From Gammaproteobacteria bacterium (GTDB lineage: Bacteria; Pseudomonadota; Gammaproteobacteria; Ga0077536): a stretch of 64,000 nucleotides of DNA. The position numbers were made by a program, and so were the translations under genes. Of this stretch, positions 52,337 through 63,257 are shown piece by piece (position 1 is the stretch's first letter; every line of letters begins with the position of its first letter). The stretch spans positions 1,728,001-1,792,000 of the forward strand of contig CAXXLL010000002.1 in the NCBI GenBank assembly GCA_963662545.2, given 5' to 3'. Below the pieces are notes generated by a model. The model had not been told where the DNA came from and ran no database searches. It worked only from the letters and a program-made list of their open reading frames with translations.

Positions 52337-55051
52337 TCAGGCGGCGCCACGCAACGCTTTCGTTTCGGCCTTGTTGATCTTTCTCGCGGCCTTGTCGACG
52401 GACACGCCGTAGACGTCCCTGGCATGCTCGACCGAAATGTATTCGTCGATGACGTCTTCCAGAACTTCTTCGGGCGTGCGCTCGTGCGGATTACCCCAGC
52501 CGCCGCCGGTGGTTTCAAATATGAAGCTGTCGCCGTATTCGAATTTGTGCCGGCACAACAGCGGGTTGGTCCACTCGCCGTCTTCCTTGATGCCGCCGAC
52601 GACTTTGCGATCGCCATTGGGGAACTCGTGCAATAAGCGTTGCGCGACGCTTCGATGTCCGCCGTTGACGCCCGGCGTTCCTTCGATAGTGCGCGCGGTT
52701 TCGACGTTCATCTGGCCTTCGCAGCGAAATCTCACCCTGAAGTTCGCACCCAGGCCACCGCGATAGCGCCCGGCGCCGGCGGAATCCTGTCGCAAGTCGT
52801 AACGCTCGTAGGCGATCATCGGGAACAGCAACTCGGCCGTCTCGGCTTCCATGTTCATGCAGTTGCCGAGCGGATCCATGGTGACGTTCATGCCATCGTT
52901 AAACGGCGTGCCACCCCAGCCGCCGGCTGGTAGATCGGTGAACACGTCCGTTTTACCCTCCGCATCGCGTACCCCGCAGACGAACCAGTTGCCGTCGCCG
53001 CAGGCTGAACCGACCGCGCGATCGGGGATCGCTTTCGCAATCGTCTGCCATACAGCGCTCGCGACCTTGGGCGCCGCCAACACGGTGCAGCCGATGGTGG
53101 GTCCGGGCCACACCGGGTTCAACCAGGTGCCTTCCTTCGCGATCACCTTGATCGGTTCAAACATGCCTTCGTTCTGCGGCGCGGTCGGATCGAAGAAGAA
53201 CTGCAGCGAGTAGTACACCGCCGACATCGTGTTCGCGATCGGCGAGTTGATCGCACCCAGGCACTGCGGATCGGAGTCCGAGAGGTCGACGGTTATATTC
53301 GACCCTGCGACAGTCATCTTGACCTTGACGATGCCTTCCTGCTGGCCGTCGCAATCAGCATAGTCCTCGCCTTCGTAAACGCCGTCCGGAATCTCTTCGA
53401 TCTTCTGCCGCACTATCCTCTCGGTATAGGCGATGAGTTCGCGCATCGCCGTTTTGACGGTGTCGATGCCGTAACGATCGGCGGCGCTCTGCAGTTCCTC
53501 TTCGGCGGCCTTGAGGCAGCCGACGTGCGCTTGCAGATCGCCCCGGATGAAATGCGGCGTGCGTGTATTGGCCAGCAGGATCTTCATCAGGCTCGGATCG
53601 ATTTCATTGTTTTGAAATGCCCGGATCGGTGGCAACCTCAAGCCTTCCTCGGCAATGTGAGTGCCCCAGGACTGGCCGCCGGGCGCGCCGCCGCCAAAAC
53701 TCACGAGCATGAAATCGCGCGGGTCGCGGCCGCGATCGATCACGACTTTCTTCACCGCCTGCGCCATGATTTCGCAGCTGATCTTCACCATGGCTTCAGC
53801 GGCCTCGATGGTCTCGATCCCCAATTGCTCCGCGATAATGGCCACCGCTTTTTCCGCGGCTTCACGGTCCAGATTGATCTTGCCGCCCAGGGTCGGCTCC
53901 AGGCGGCCGAGCAGGAAATTGGCGTCCGTGATGGTGGCCTCGGTCCCACCGGTGCCGTAACACGCGGGTCCCGGATTGGAGCCGGCGCTGCGCGGCCCGA
54001 CGCGGAGCGATCCGCCGGTGTCGACCCAGCCGATCGATCCGCCGCCGGCGCCGACACTGTGGATGTCGAGCATCGGCACGATGACTGGCACCTCGAATTC
54101 AAGTTCGTAGCTGCGGGTGATCAGGCCCTTGCCGTCCTCGACGATTGAGGCGTCGAAGCTGGTGCCGCCCATATCAGTGCAGATGATGCTCGGTGTCTTG
54201 GTGATTTCTGCCAGGTAACGGGTGTAGGCCACGCCGCCCGCGGGTCCGGATTCGAGCAGATCCTCGGGATGAGCCTTGGCCAGATCGATACCCATGACCC
54301 CGCCGCTGCTTTTCAAGATCAACACTGAGCCTTTGAAGCCGTGCTCCTGGAGACGCTCGACCAGGTGATCGAAGTATTCGACCATCACCGGTTTCAAGGC
54401 CGCGCTGATTGCCGTGGTGACGAAACGCCCGTGTTCACGGAACAAGGGCTTGACCTCGCCTGAGAGCATGACAAAGGCGTCGGGAATGTGTTCCAGGATG
54501 ATGTCCCGCATCTGGCGTTCGTGCGCGACATTGACGTAGGAGTTGATGAAGCAGACTGCGATCGATTTGATCCCTTCGGCCTGGATCGCCTTCGCCACTT
54601 CGCGCGCCGCATCGACGTCGAGCGGGCGTTCCTCGTTGCCGTTCACGTCGGTTCTCTCTTGCACGGTGTAACGGAAGCGGCGCTTGACGATCGGCTTGGG
54701 CTTGACCTGGTAGGGATCGTAGAGCTCCTCGCGGTGCTGGCGCCCGATCTCGATGGTGTCACGAAAGCCGTCGGTGGTCACGAGCGCCGGGTCCGGATAG
54801 GAGCGCTCGATCAGCGCGTTGGTCGCGGTCGTCGTGCCGTGTACGAGCGTCGAAATCTCGTCGAACGGAAGCCCCGAGCTTTCGATCGCTGCGATCGGGT
54901 CCTGGGCCGCTCTGCGGATCGCATCGATCACGCCTTCGGAACGGTCCCACTGGGTGGTGAGCACCTTGGCCGTTGCCCGTTCTCCCGATTCCTCGTTCCA
55001 ACCGAACAAATCCGTAAAGGTCCCTCCAACGTCAACTCCAACGCGCCACAT
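52337..55051 (-). pseudogene. Hydantoinase/oxoprolinase A::B in-frame deletion fusion
   Basis: A motifs DVGGTFTD, ESGPAGG and DMGGTSFD up to SFGG, then directly B motifs EEGLRLPP, DSAGAG and GGGWG. Confidence 0.8.
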
Positions 55052-55317
55052 GGGTCTACCTCCTTTTTTAGGGAATTACGCAGAAAAGTTGACAGCACCT
55101 ATTTAGGTGACCTCTTTTATGGTCGGCGTCCCGCTGCGATCTGTACGCAAGACAAAGCGTTTATTAACTTCTGCTTTCGTTGGGCGCTTTGGGCGTCCAG
55201 CCGCAGGCTTTACCTTATTCATGCGCTGTAATGCTCTGGATTCATGCGCTGTAATGCTCTGGTTGATCGATCAAGCGCCTTTTGTTTCATAATCTGAATA
55301 TTCTAAAAGTGAGAGTC

Positions 55318-56244
55318 TTAATCGACATTATCTTCGTCTGGCGCTTCTTCGATCTGTAGGAGCGTTTGTTGTTTCACGGGCCTGTATTCTAAAACCTTCA
55401 CAACATTGTGCTCCGAACTAAGTTTGTCTCCTTTCATGGTCCAAATATCTTCAATCTCACAAATCAAAACATCTGACTTACTGAACGAAACCTGATTGTT
55501 TTTTACCTTTTGAAGGAAATCGAGATCAGCAATCGTGACAGAAACTGTATTGCCCCCGTCATTGAGTCGCCACTTATTTTTCTCTTTAAACGTGAGAGAT
55601 TCTATGGAAAATGCACCTTTCCTTGTGTTTCTTAGTATCTCTTCTTCGCCCTCAATCACAGGAAGGGAAAAGTATTCTTTATCTTCTTTATATATTGTTT
55701 CTATGACGTCCTTGCCAGACTGAATAACTAATTGATCTATACCTTCTTTATCAAGTGGGGCGGTAACTTTCTCAATCGCCTTACGGATTGAGGTTTCGTT
55801 GTACGCCCGCAGCAGGTCTTTCGGCACATCAAACGATTCACCATCAATCTCAATGCGAACGGTCCCGTTTTCCAGGTCGGTTACTTTTGGTGCTGGCCGC
55901 CCTTTGAGCCTCTTAATAAGTCGAAATAGTCCATAGGTCGTGACACCAACACCACCAATAATGATATCTCTGAGGTTTAAAACGGCATTAACCTCATCGC
56001 TGTTGAAAAGATCGGTGAACTGACTAAATAAAGATTGAGCCAACCCGATATCAACACTAAAACAGCCTGCTTCAACGGCTTTAACGTGCAAGCGAACATC
56101 CACCTTGTCCCCATACAAGAGGCGGCTTGTTTCGTCGAATAATTGGGAAAGGGAGAGCAACGCTGGGGCCAGATCGCGTACGTCCACCGTGTGGTCTTGT
56201 AACGCTTCGCCATCAAACACAATGGTAAACGCTTCGTGAGTCAT
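55318..56244 (-). CDS. Low-GC hypothetical passenger protein
   Basis: Intact 308-aa ORF inside the TIRs; FDGEAL..H.VDVRDLAPAL N-terminus. Confidence 0.85.
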   Translation of the reverse strand: MTHEAFTIVFDGEALQDHTVDVRDLAPALLSLSQLFDETSRLLYGDKVDVRLHVKAVEAGCFSVDIGLAQSLFSQFTDLFNSDEVNAVLNLRDIIIGGVGVTTYGLFRLIKRLKGRPAPKVTDLENGTVRIEIDGESFDVPKDLLRAYNETSIRKAIEKVTAPLDKEGIDQLVIQSGKDVIETIYKEDKEYFSLPVIEGEEEILRNTRKGAFSIESLTFKEKNKWRLNDGGNTVSVTIADLDFLQKVKNNQVSFSKSDVLICEIEDIWTMKGDKLSSEHNVVKVLEYRPVKQQTLLQIEEAPDEDNVD

Positions 56245-56268
56245 GCCAATGTGTGCCTTGACAAGGCG

Positions 56269-56675
56269 TTAGCCAAAGAAAAAAGTGACAAGTGCCTTCT
56301 GACTTAATTGCCAGATTTCATAGCGGTCTTTCTTAACATACATCTGGCAAGATGATGTCGTCTCATCCCAGACAGGAACAATCACCATTTCATCGGCGAG
56401 ATAGTCCATGGAATTAACGATAATCGCCTGCTCGCTTTTCTCGAAGGTAACCCCACTTACTTGAGGTTACCGCCTTCACATCGAACTACCTTGAACTGAG
56501 TACCGAGCCCATTAGAATTTTGGATATCGAAGAGATAGTTCTGGCGCTTGCGCTGTGGCAGCCTATTCATTTCTGCAACGTCGTTTTTTGCCGCGAGGTA
56601 TAGTTCCTCGAATTTAGAGCCAAGGTCGCATCTGCCCCGCTCGGCGACCCAGTTAAAGGATTCGTTACCCATCAC
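56269..56675 (-). pseudogene. Frameshifted hypothetical passenger (~135 aa)
   Basis: ORF 56457-56675 continues in another frame to ...YEIWQLSQKALVTFFFG*. Confidence 0.6.
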
Positions 56676-57709
56676 GATACTAACCTCTCATAGGTGATTG
56701 TCTTACCCGACATTGCGCCAAACAAGGCATCTAATCTGCCTTGCGTATCTACTTCGACGTTGCCTTCATTCAGCCTGAACGAAAACTCGTTAACGTATTT
56801 CTGGCAATGCTTCTTGCTCCAGTGGTGATACACGCCGTTGTAGCCGCGCTTAAGGACCGCCCAGACGCTCTCGATTCCGTTGGTATGTGCCATGCCATTA
56901 ACGTATTCCTTGGCACTGTGCTTAACGCTCTTGTGGGTGAAAAAGAGACCATCAAGGTCAGCATACCCTTTGTGATCATCGGTATAAACCGTCGTTCCAA
57001 CTTCTACGTTTTTGGCGATCTGGCCCTGTAGTGTTTTTTTGTCAATGTTCGATATCGGCAGCGCCTTAACCTTCCCGCCGCGCTCACGCAGACCGAGCAC
57101 CGCCATTTTGCCAACCGCGCCACGGCCAGCGCGGAGTTTCTTGCTGGTGTGTGGCGGTTCGATATCGGACAGCGCCCCTTCCCGCCGCGCTCACGCAGAC
57201 CGAGCACCGCCATTTTGCCAACCGCGCCACGGCCAGCGCGGAGTTTCTTGCTGGTGTGTTGACTCTTTGCCGCCGAGGTAGGTTTCGTCTACCTCTACAG
57301 CCCCACTCAAGGCTTCCATATCTTCGCCACAGGCCAAACGTAAGCGGTGTAGCATGTACCAAGCCGTTGTTTGTGTAACAGATAGTTCCTTGCTCAACTG
57401 TAGGCTGCTAATCCCTTTACGCGCCGTCATCAGCAAGTATGCGGCAAACAACCACTTGCGCATATCCACCTTTCCATATTCAAGCGGGGTGTTGGTCCGA
57501 GCGGTGAAGTAGCTGCGGCAATACCCACACCAGTAACGGCCGATGTCCTTCTTTTGCGGTGTGATCTTATCCTCTCCGCCACACCGCACACAGCAAAGCG
57601 AATCACCCCAGCGGATTTGCTCAAGGTATTTGATTGCATCCGCCTCGGTTGGATATTGCTCCATCAACTCGAAAAGGCTTATTGTTTTTGCTTTTCTGCG
57701 TGCCATCAA
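56672..57709 (-). pseudogene. IS1595 transposase disrupted by a ~107-bp tandem duplication
   Basis: Zn ribbon, EVDETY, YTDD, HTNGIES and EFSFR; 57071-57152 repeated at 57178-57259. Confidence 0.9.
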
Positions 57710-57981
57710 TGTGTCCTTAATGTGTCAGTTAATATGGCTGTATTATAGGGTATACAAGAGATGTTTGTCAACTTTCCTGCGTAATTCCCCTTTTTTATGG
57801 GTCCGGGTCGATTATTCTCGGATCTAACCCTTGAAGGATAATAGATGCAAAGAAGCAGATTCAAGCCGTGCGCGAAGGCCCACGGCGGCACGCATCAGCC
57901 GCCGCGCTCATTGCGTAGGTTCATCACCACGGGTTCCTCGACTATGATCAGTCGTAACACTCTTAGGGCTGGGAGACAGGC

Positions 57982-58905
57982 GTGAAAGTTCATCGTTCGG
58001 GCATTTTTGACAACCACGCGAAGGACTATGCTCTCATTCAGGCCGTGCCCTTGGCCGCGGCAATGGGCGCGGAAATTCAAGGTGTGCAGATCGGCGATTT
58101 AACCGACGCCCAGTTCGAAGAGATCCGGCACGCGTTGTTCCGGCACAAGATGATCTATTTTCGCGACCAGGACATAACCCACGCGCATCAGGAAGCGTTC
58201 AGCATAAGGTTTGGAACATTCGCGGAGGATGCATACACCAAGGGAGTGGAAGGCCACGTCAACATCCAACCCGTGGTCAAGGAAGCCGACACCAGCGTGG
58301 CCATGATCTTCGGCTCGGGCTGGCATACGGATTCGCCGTTTCTGGCGCGGCCACCGGCGATCAGCATGTTGTTTGGCGTCGATATTCCGCCCTTCGGCGG
58401 TGATACCATGTGGGCCAACTCGGCGCTGGCCTACGCGTTGTTGAGCGAGACCATGAAGGCAACGATCGCTCCGCTCAAAGTGTGTATGTCTATGCGCGAC
58501 GTGCTGGCCACGGTGCAGTCGGTGATCGAACCTGGCGACAGTACGCTGGGCCGGCTGGCGGCAACGCGGGACGCGGGCCAGCTCGACGAGGCGCTACAGC
58601 GAAAGATCGAAGGCAGCGCGCATCCGCTGGTGCGGACCCATCCCGTTACCGGTGAGAAAGCGCTTTACTGCGATCAAACCTATGCCGTGGGCATTGACGG
58701 CATGACCGAAGCGGAGGCGGAGCCGCTGCTGCGCTATCTCAGCGAGCACATCACCCAACCTGCCCTCACCTGCAGACTGCGCTGGGCGCCCAAGACGCTG
58801 GTCCTGTGGGACAACCGCCTGTGTTTGCATCAGGCGTTCAACGATCACGACGGCTATCGACGCGAGATGTACCGCACTACCATCGCCGGCGAAGCGCCGA
58901 CTTGA
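57982..58905 (+). CDS. TauD/TfdA-family 2-oxoglutarate dioxygenase
   Basis: WHTD, GGDT, HPLVRTHP and WDNRLCLH. Confidence 0.93.
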   Translation: MKVHRSGIFDNHAKDYALIQAVPLAAAMGAEIQGVQIGDLTDAQFEEIRHALFRHKMIYFRDQDITHAHQEAFSIRFGTFAEDAYTKGVEGHVNIQPVVKEADTSVAMIFGSGWHTDSPFLARPPAISMLFGVDIPPFGGDTMWANSALAYALLSETMKATIAPLKVCMSMRDVLATVQSVIEPGDSTLGRLAATRDAGQLDEALQRKIEGSAHPLVRTHPVTGEKALYCDQTYAVGIDGMTEAEAEPLLRYLSEHITQPALTCRLRWAPKTLVLWDNRLCLHQAFNDHDGYRREMYRTTIAGEAPT

Positions 58906-58977
58906 ATCGCCTTGCGGCGAACGCAAGTGAGGGTCTAAAACGCAGGCATTGCCGATCGCTAAGCCGCGCCACCCGAG

Positions 58978-59439
58978 TCATTCATGGTGGTAGCCCAGCG
59001 GCGGGAACTGCTCGACGGTTGCCGGTTGGGGCGCCATGAAATCGACATCGATCTGCCGCGTTTCGAACAACCAGGCCCCGTCGAGTCTCACCAGGGTATC
59101 GTGGTAGGTGCCGGTGACGTAGAAGCCTTCATTGGTCTCGTTGCTGACGGCGCTGGCGAGGAGGTAGGAGACGGACTGCGCGCTGTCTCCGTCGACTTCG
59201 ATCAGCGCCGACATGATCATGTGTTTTAAGTGCCGTACGCCCGCGCGGAAATGTTCGTGGTAGTACGCGTACCATCCTTGGATGGCGTCTCGCCCGACCA
59301 CCTCGTATTGACCGTCGTAGTTCGGTTTGAGTATCGCGTCCTCGGCAAACAGCGAGGCGACTTCGGCGGCGCTGCCGCTATCGACCCGATGACAGTAGGC
59401 GGCAAGCGTTTGCTCGATGGCGGTGATTTCATTCGACAT
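58978..59439 (-). CDS. SnoaL/NTF2-like protein
   Basis: YCHRVD..LFAEDA; G.YHDTLVRLDGAWLF. Confidence 0.85.
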   Translation of the reverse strand: MSNEITAIEQTLAAYCHRVDSGSAAEVASLFAEDAILKPNYDGQYEVVGRDAIQGWYAYYHEHFRAGVRHLKHMIMSALIEVDGDSAQSVSYLLASAVSNETNEGFYVTGTYHDTLVRLDGAWLFETRQIDVDFMAPQPATVEQFPPLGYHHE

Positions 59440-59453
59440 GGATTATCCTTCCT

Positions 59454-60560
59454 TCACGCGAGCAGATGATTGACCTGCGATGCCGCCTCGAGTTGTACGA
59501 GGTGCCCAAAGCCATCCAATATCTCGACGCTGATGCTCTCCGGTAATCCCTCGGCATGGCTCGGCGGAATGATCTTGTCCTCCGACCCCCAGATCACTTT
59601 GACCGGTATCGACAAGCCGGCGAGACCGTCCCGCAGATCGGTGGATTGTGTTGCACCCTCGATGAAACCAGCGGCGATCGCGCTGAGCGCCTCGGTGACC
59701 CCGTCGATGCGCTTGAACTGCAACATGTCGTTGATCAGCGCCCGGTTGATGAGCGAAGGGTCCGCCACCAATTGCTGCAGCAGCGGTTTCATCTCCTTGC
59801 GGGATTCGGCGGTGATAAAGCCGTTGATGTATGCGGCGTTGATCTCGGCACCGAGTCCCGCGGGTGCGATCAACGCGAGCGATTCAACACGGTCGCCGTG
59901 ATCGATCGCCGCTTGGATCGCGATGGCGCCGCCCAGCGAATGACCGATCAGGCGCGCGCGTTCGATCCCCAGCGTGTCCATGAATCCGACTACGACACCG
60001 GCCAGGGCGGCGACGGAACCGTCGGCAATCGCCTTGGTCGATGCGCCGTGCCCGGGCAGATCCAGCGCGTAGACGCTGGCTTTTTCCGCCAGCGGTTGCT
60101 GCGTGAACAACCAGCGCTCGGCATCGCCACCGAACCCGTGGATCAAAATGATCGTTGCGTCCGCGTCTCCCATTTTTGAATACCGCAGGCGATAGCCGGC
60201 GACTTCGACCATGTCGAATCCGCCGCCGGCGTCTTCTTCGTCCGGTTCTGGCGGGATGTAATTCTCCTGAAATTCTGCGATGTAAGCGTCGACCTCGGCA
60301 TCGCTGATCGCGCGCGGTGCGAGCACCCCGAGCAGGGCGCCGATCGGCAGTACCTCTTCCGCCTGGGCGACCTTACGGCGCAGCAGGCCCGCATCCAGGG
60401 CCTCGAAGGTGTTGGCGATTTTCTCGGTTTCAATCTCCATGATCTCGTCTCCGAGTTTGAGCTCGGCGCCTTCTTCGAGCAGCCATTCCATGACCGTGCC
60501 TTCGATCATGGACAGGCCCCACTTGGGCATGGTGATCGCCGTGATAGGGTCGTCGCTCAC
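59454..60560 (-). CDS. acoC: Acetoin dehydrogenase AcoC (lipoyl + alpha/beta-hydrolase)
   Basis: MPKWGLSM, ETEK lipoyl site, HGFGG and GHSLGG. Confidence 0.9.
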   Translation of the reverse strand: MSDDPITAITMPKWGLSMIEGTVMEWLLEEGAELKLGDEIMEIETEKIANTFEALDAGLLRRKVAQAEEVLPIGALLGVLAPRAISDAEVDAYIAEFQENYIPPEPDEEDAGGGFDMVEVAGYRLRYSKMGDADATIILIHGFGGDAERWLFTQQPLAEKASVYALDLPGHGASTKAIADGSVAALAGVVVGFMDTLGIERARLIGHSLGGAIAIQAAIDHGDRVESLALIAPAGLGAEINAAYINGFITAESRKEMKPLLQQLVADPSLINRALINDMLQFKRIDGVTEALSAIAAGFIEGATQSTDLRDGLAGLSIPVKVIWGSEDKIIPPSHAEGLPESISVEILDGFGHLVQLEAASQVNHLLA

Positions 60561-61570
60561 GCGGCGTACTCGACGGCGGTCTTGACCGCCGCTTCGATCT
60601 TCGCCGGGCTCGGCACGTAGAGATCTTCGAGTGCTGGGCTGAAGGGCACGGGCGTATGCGGGGCCGTCACCATTTGAATCGGTGCTTTCAGGTCACCGAA
60701 AGCCTTCTGCGCCACCAGTGCGGAGATATCGGCCGCCATGCCGCAGCGCGGGGTGGCCTCGTCGACGACGACCAGCCGTCCGGTGTTCTCGACACTTTCG
60801 AGGATCGAGTCCTCGTCGAGTGGCGAGGTCGTGCGGGGATCGATCACCTCGCAAGCAATGCCGTTCTTGGACAGCGTTTCGGCCGCCTCGAGCGCAAGGT
60901 GCACCATGCGCCCGATCGCGACGATGGTGACATCATCGCCTTCGCGCACGATGTCGGCTTCGCCGAAGGGAATGGTGTAGGACTCTTCCGGCACATCGCC
61001 TTCGAGCCCGTAGAGCAGTTTGTGCTCGCAGAAAATCACCGGGTCATCGTCGCGGATGGCCTGAATGAGCAGGCCCTTGACGTCGTAGGGCGTGGAGGGC
61101 ACGACCACCTTTAAGCCAGGGATGTGCGTGAACACGGGGTAAAGCGCTTGGGAGTGCTGCGCGGCGGCACGGAAGCCCGCGCCGATCATCGTGCGGATCA
61201 CAACCGGGGTCTTCGCCTTGCCGCCGAACATGTAACGGAACTTCGCCGCCTGGTTGTAGATCTGGTCGAAGCAAACACCCATGAAATCGATGAACATCAA
61301 CTCGCACACGGGCCTCAGGCCCGCGGTGGCCGCACCCACCGCCGCGCCGACGAAAGCCGATTCGGAAATTGGCGTGTCCATGATGCGATCACCGTATTTG
61401 CCGTAAAGGCCCTTGGTGATCCCGAGTACGCCGCCCCAGGCGTCCATTTCACCTTCCGTGCCGGCGCCGCCGACGACGTCCTCGCCCATGACGATGACCG
61501 ATTCGTCACGCGCCATCTCCTGGTCGAGCGCTTCGTTGACCGCCTGCTGAAATGTAATTTTTCTTGCCAT
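60557..61570 (-). CDS. acoB: Acetoin dehydrogenase E1 beta
   Basis: DTPISE, NQAAKFRYMFGG and AAQHSQ. Confidence 0.93.
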   Translation of the reverse strand: MARKITFQQAVNEALDQEMARDESVIVMGEDVVGGAGTEGEMDAWGGVLGITKGLYGKYGDRIMDTPISESAFVGAAVGAATAGLRPVCELMFIDFMGVCFDQIYNQAAKFRYMFGGKAKTPVVIRTMIGAGFRAAAQHSQALYPVFTHIPGLKVVVPSTPYDVKGLLIQAIRDDDPVIFCEHKLLYGLEGDVPEESYTIPFGEADIVREGDDVTIVAIGRMVHLALEAAETLSKNGIACEVIDPRTTSPLDEDSILESVENTGRLVVVDEATPRCGMAADISALVAQKAFGDLKAPIQMVTAPHTPVPFSPALEDLYVPSPAKIEAAVKTAVEYAA

Positions 61571-61582
61571 GGTGCGGGCCTC

Positions 61583-62557
61583 TCAGTACTTGATGTAAAC
61601 GTCGGTCAAGAGATCGGACGAGTCGGGCTCGGGGGAGCTTTCCGCGAACGCGACGGCCGCCTCGATGAGCTGGGCGACTTCGTCGTCGATGGCGGAAAGC
61701 TGATCCGGGGTGATGCCGTTTTCAGCCGTCACCTTCGCCGAGAAGCGCTTGATGCAGCAGGTATTCTCTCGCAATTTCTTGACCTCGTCCTTGGGACGGT
61801 AACTCTGGTTGTCGCCTTCGAAGTGACCGTAGAAACGGTCGAGCTTGTGCTCGATCAAGCTCGGTCCGCCGCCGGAGCGGGCGCGTTCCGCGGCTTCTGC
61901 GAACGCTTCGTGTACGGCGAAGAAATCGTGGCCGTCGATAGTTTTTCCCGGCATGCCGAAACCCGCGGCGCGCTCGGATATGTTTTCGCAGGAAACCGAA
62001 TACTTGCTCGCCGTGGCTTCGGCGTAGCCGTTGTTCTCGAACACGAACACCACCGGCAATTTCCACACCGACGCCAGGTTCATGGCTTCGAAGGTCGTCC
62101 CCTGATTGGAGGCCCCATCGCCGGCGAAGACGACCGCGAGATCGGCCGTTCCTTTCATCTTGGCGGCCAGTGCCGCGCCGCAGGCGAGCGGCGGGCCGCC
62201 GCCGACGATGCCGTTCGCCCCCATCATGCCGGTATCGAGATCGGCGATGTGCATCGAACCGCCTTTGCCGTGGCAGATACCGGTCTTCTTACCGTAGATC
62301 TCGGCCATCATGCCGTTTACCTCCACGCCCTTGGCAATGCAATGGCCGTGACCGCGATGGTTACTGGCGACACGATCGTCGTCGCGCAACTGCATGCCTA
62401 TCCCCGCCGCCGAGGCTTCTTCGCCCGCGTAGAGGTGGACGAATCCGGGGATCCCGCCCTTGGTGAATTCAATGTGTACCCGATCCTCGAATTCACGGAT
62501 GGTCTTCATAGTACGGTAGCTGTCGAGTAGGTCCTCGACGGACAAAGCTTGGCCCAT
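61583..62557 (-). CDS. acoA: Acetoin dehydrogenase E1 alpha
   Basis: GFVHLYAGEEA, HRGHGH, GDGA..N TPP motif and GHFEGD. Confidence 0.93.
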   Translation of the reverse strand: MGQALSVEDLLDSYRTMKTIREFEDRVHIEFTKGGIPGFVHLYAGEEASAAGIGMQLRDDDRVASNHRGHGHCIAKGVEVNGMMAEIYGKKTGICHGKGGSMHIADLDTGMMGANGIVGGGPPLACGAALAAKMKGTADLAVVFAGDGASNQGTTFEAMNLASVWKLPVVFVFENNGYAEATASKYSVSCENISERAAGFGMPGKTIDGHDFFAVHEAFAEAAERARSGGGPSLIEHKLDRFYGHFEGDNQSYRPKDEVKKLRENTCCIKRFSAKVTAENGITPDQLSAIDDEVAQLIEAAVAFAESSPEPDSSDLLTDVYIKY

Positions 62558-62741
62558 GGTCGTCTCCCCTTGATATCCGGCCCTTCGCGCGCCACGCGAT
62601 GAACGGGCGAACAGAACGTGCAAGACTATATCAATCGAGTCCTTTTGATGAAGTCTTTTTGGGTTTTCCTTAACAATGCGGGTCCGCGGCAGGACCGGAG
62701 ACCCAGAAGCACGGACGGTCAAACTCCCGGGAGGAGAAATC

Positions 62742-63209
62742 ATGGATTTCTGCGACCTGATCGAAACGATGACACAGGCTATTGTGCGGGGCGACGGTGA
62801 CGGAGCCGCCGCCTGCTTCGCCGACGGGGGCGTCTATCACGATGTCTTTTATGGCGCTTTCCCGAAGACCGAAATACCGCGTATGGTCTCGGATTATTTT
62901 CATCGCGATGCCGAGCGGTTTCGGTGGGATATTCACGATCCGGTCGGCAACGCCGACCTAGGTTATGCGCGCTACGTGTTCAGCTACGACGCGAAGCTCG
63001 CCGGCAGCGAGGGCAAGCGGGCGGTGTTCGAGGGCGTTGCGGTGTGCCGGCTGGAAGAGGGTTTGATCACGAGCTATACCGAGGTCGCGAATACGTCGAC
63101 CGGACTCCAGTTGCTGGGATTTCCCGCGGAGCGCCTGGCCCGCATCGTCGGCCGGCAGGTCGACGAATTGACGGCCCGCGACGAAGTCGCTGAGCATCTC
63201 GGTCCTTGA
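62742..63209 (+). CDS. SnoaL-like protein
   Basis: RBS GGAGGAG; AACFADGGVYHDVFYG. Confidence 0.8.
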   Translation: MDFCDLIETMTQAIVRGDGDGAAACFADGGVYHDVFYGAFPKTEIPRMVSDYFHRDAERFRWDIHDPVGNADLGYARYVFSYDAKLAGSEGKRAVFEGVAVCRLEEGLITSYTEVANTSTGLQLLGFPAERLARIVGRQVDELTARDEVAEHLGP

Positions 63210-63257
63210 ATCACGGTAGCGCAGTGCGCGGCAACCGGGTGGTTGGGAGACAGCTTG

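Larger units (their letters stand above)
55071..57789 (-). mobile_element. IS1595-family transporter IS with passenger genes
   Basis: 24-bp TIRs GGGAATTACGCAG(A/G)AAAGTTGACA (23/24) and 8-bp TSD CTTTTTTA (55063-55070, 57790-57797). Confidence 0.95.

Noticed and set aside
61124-62530. 468-aa plus-strand ORF
   Set aside because: Shadow of acoA/acoB.
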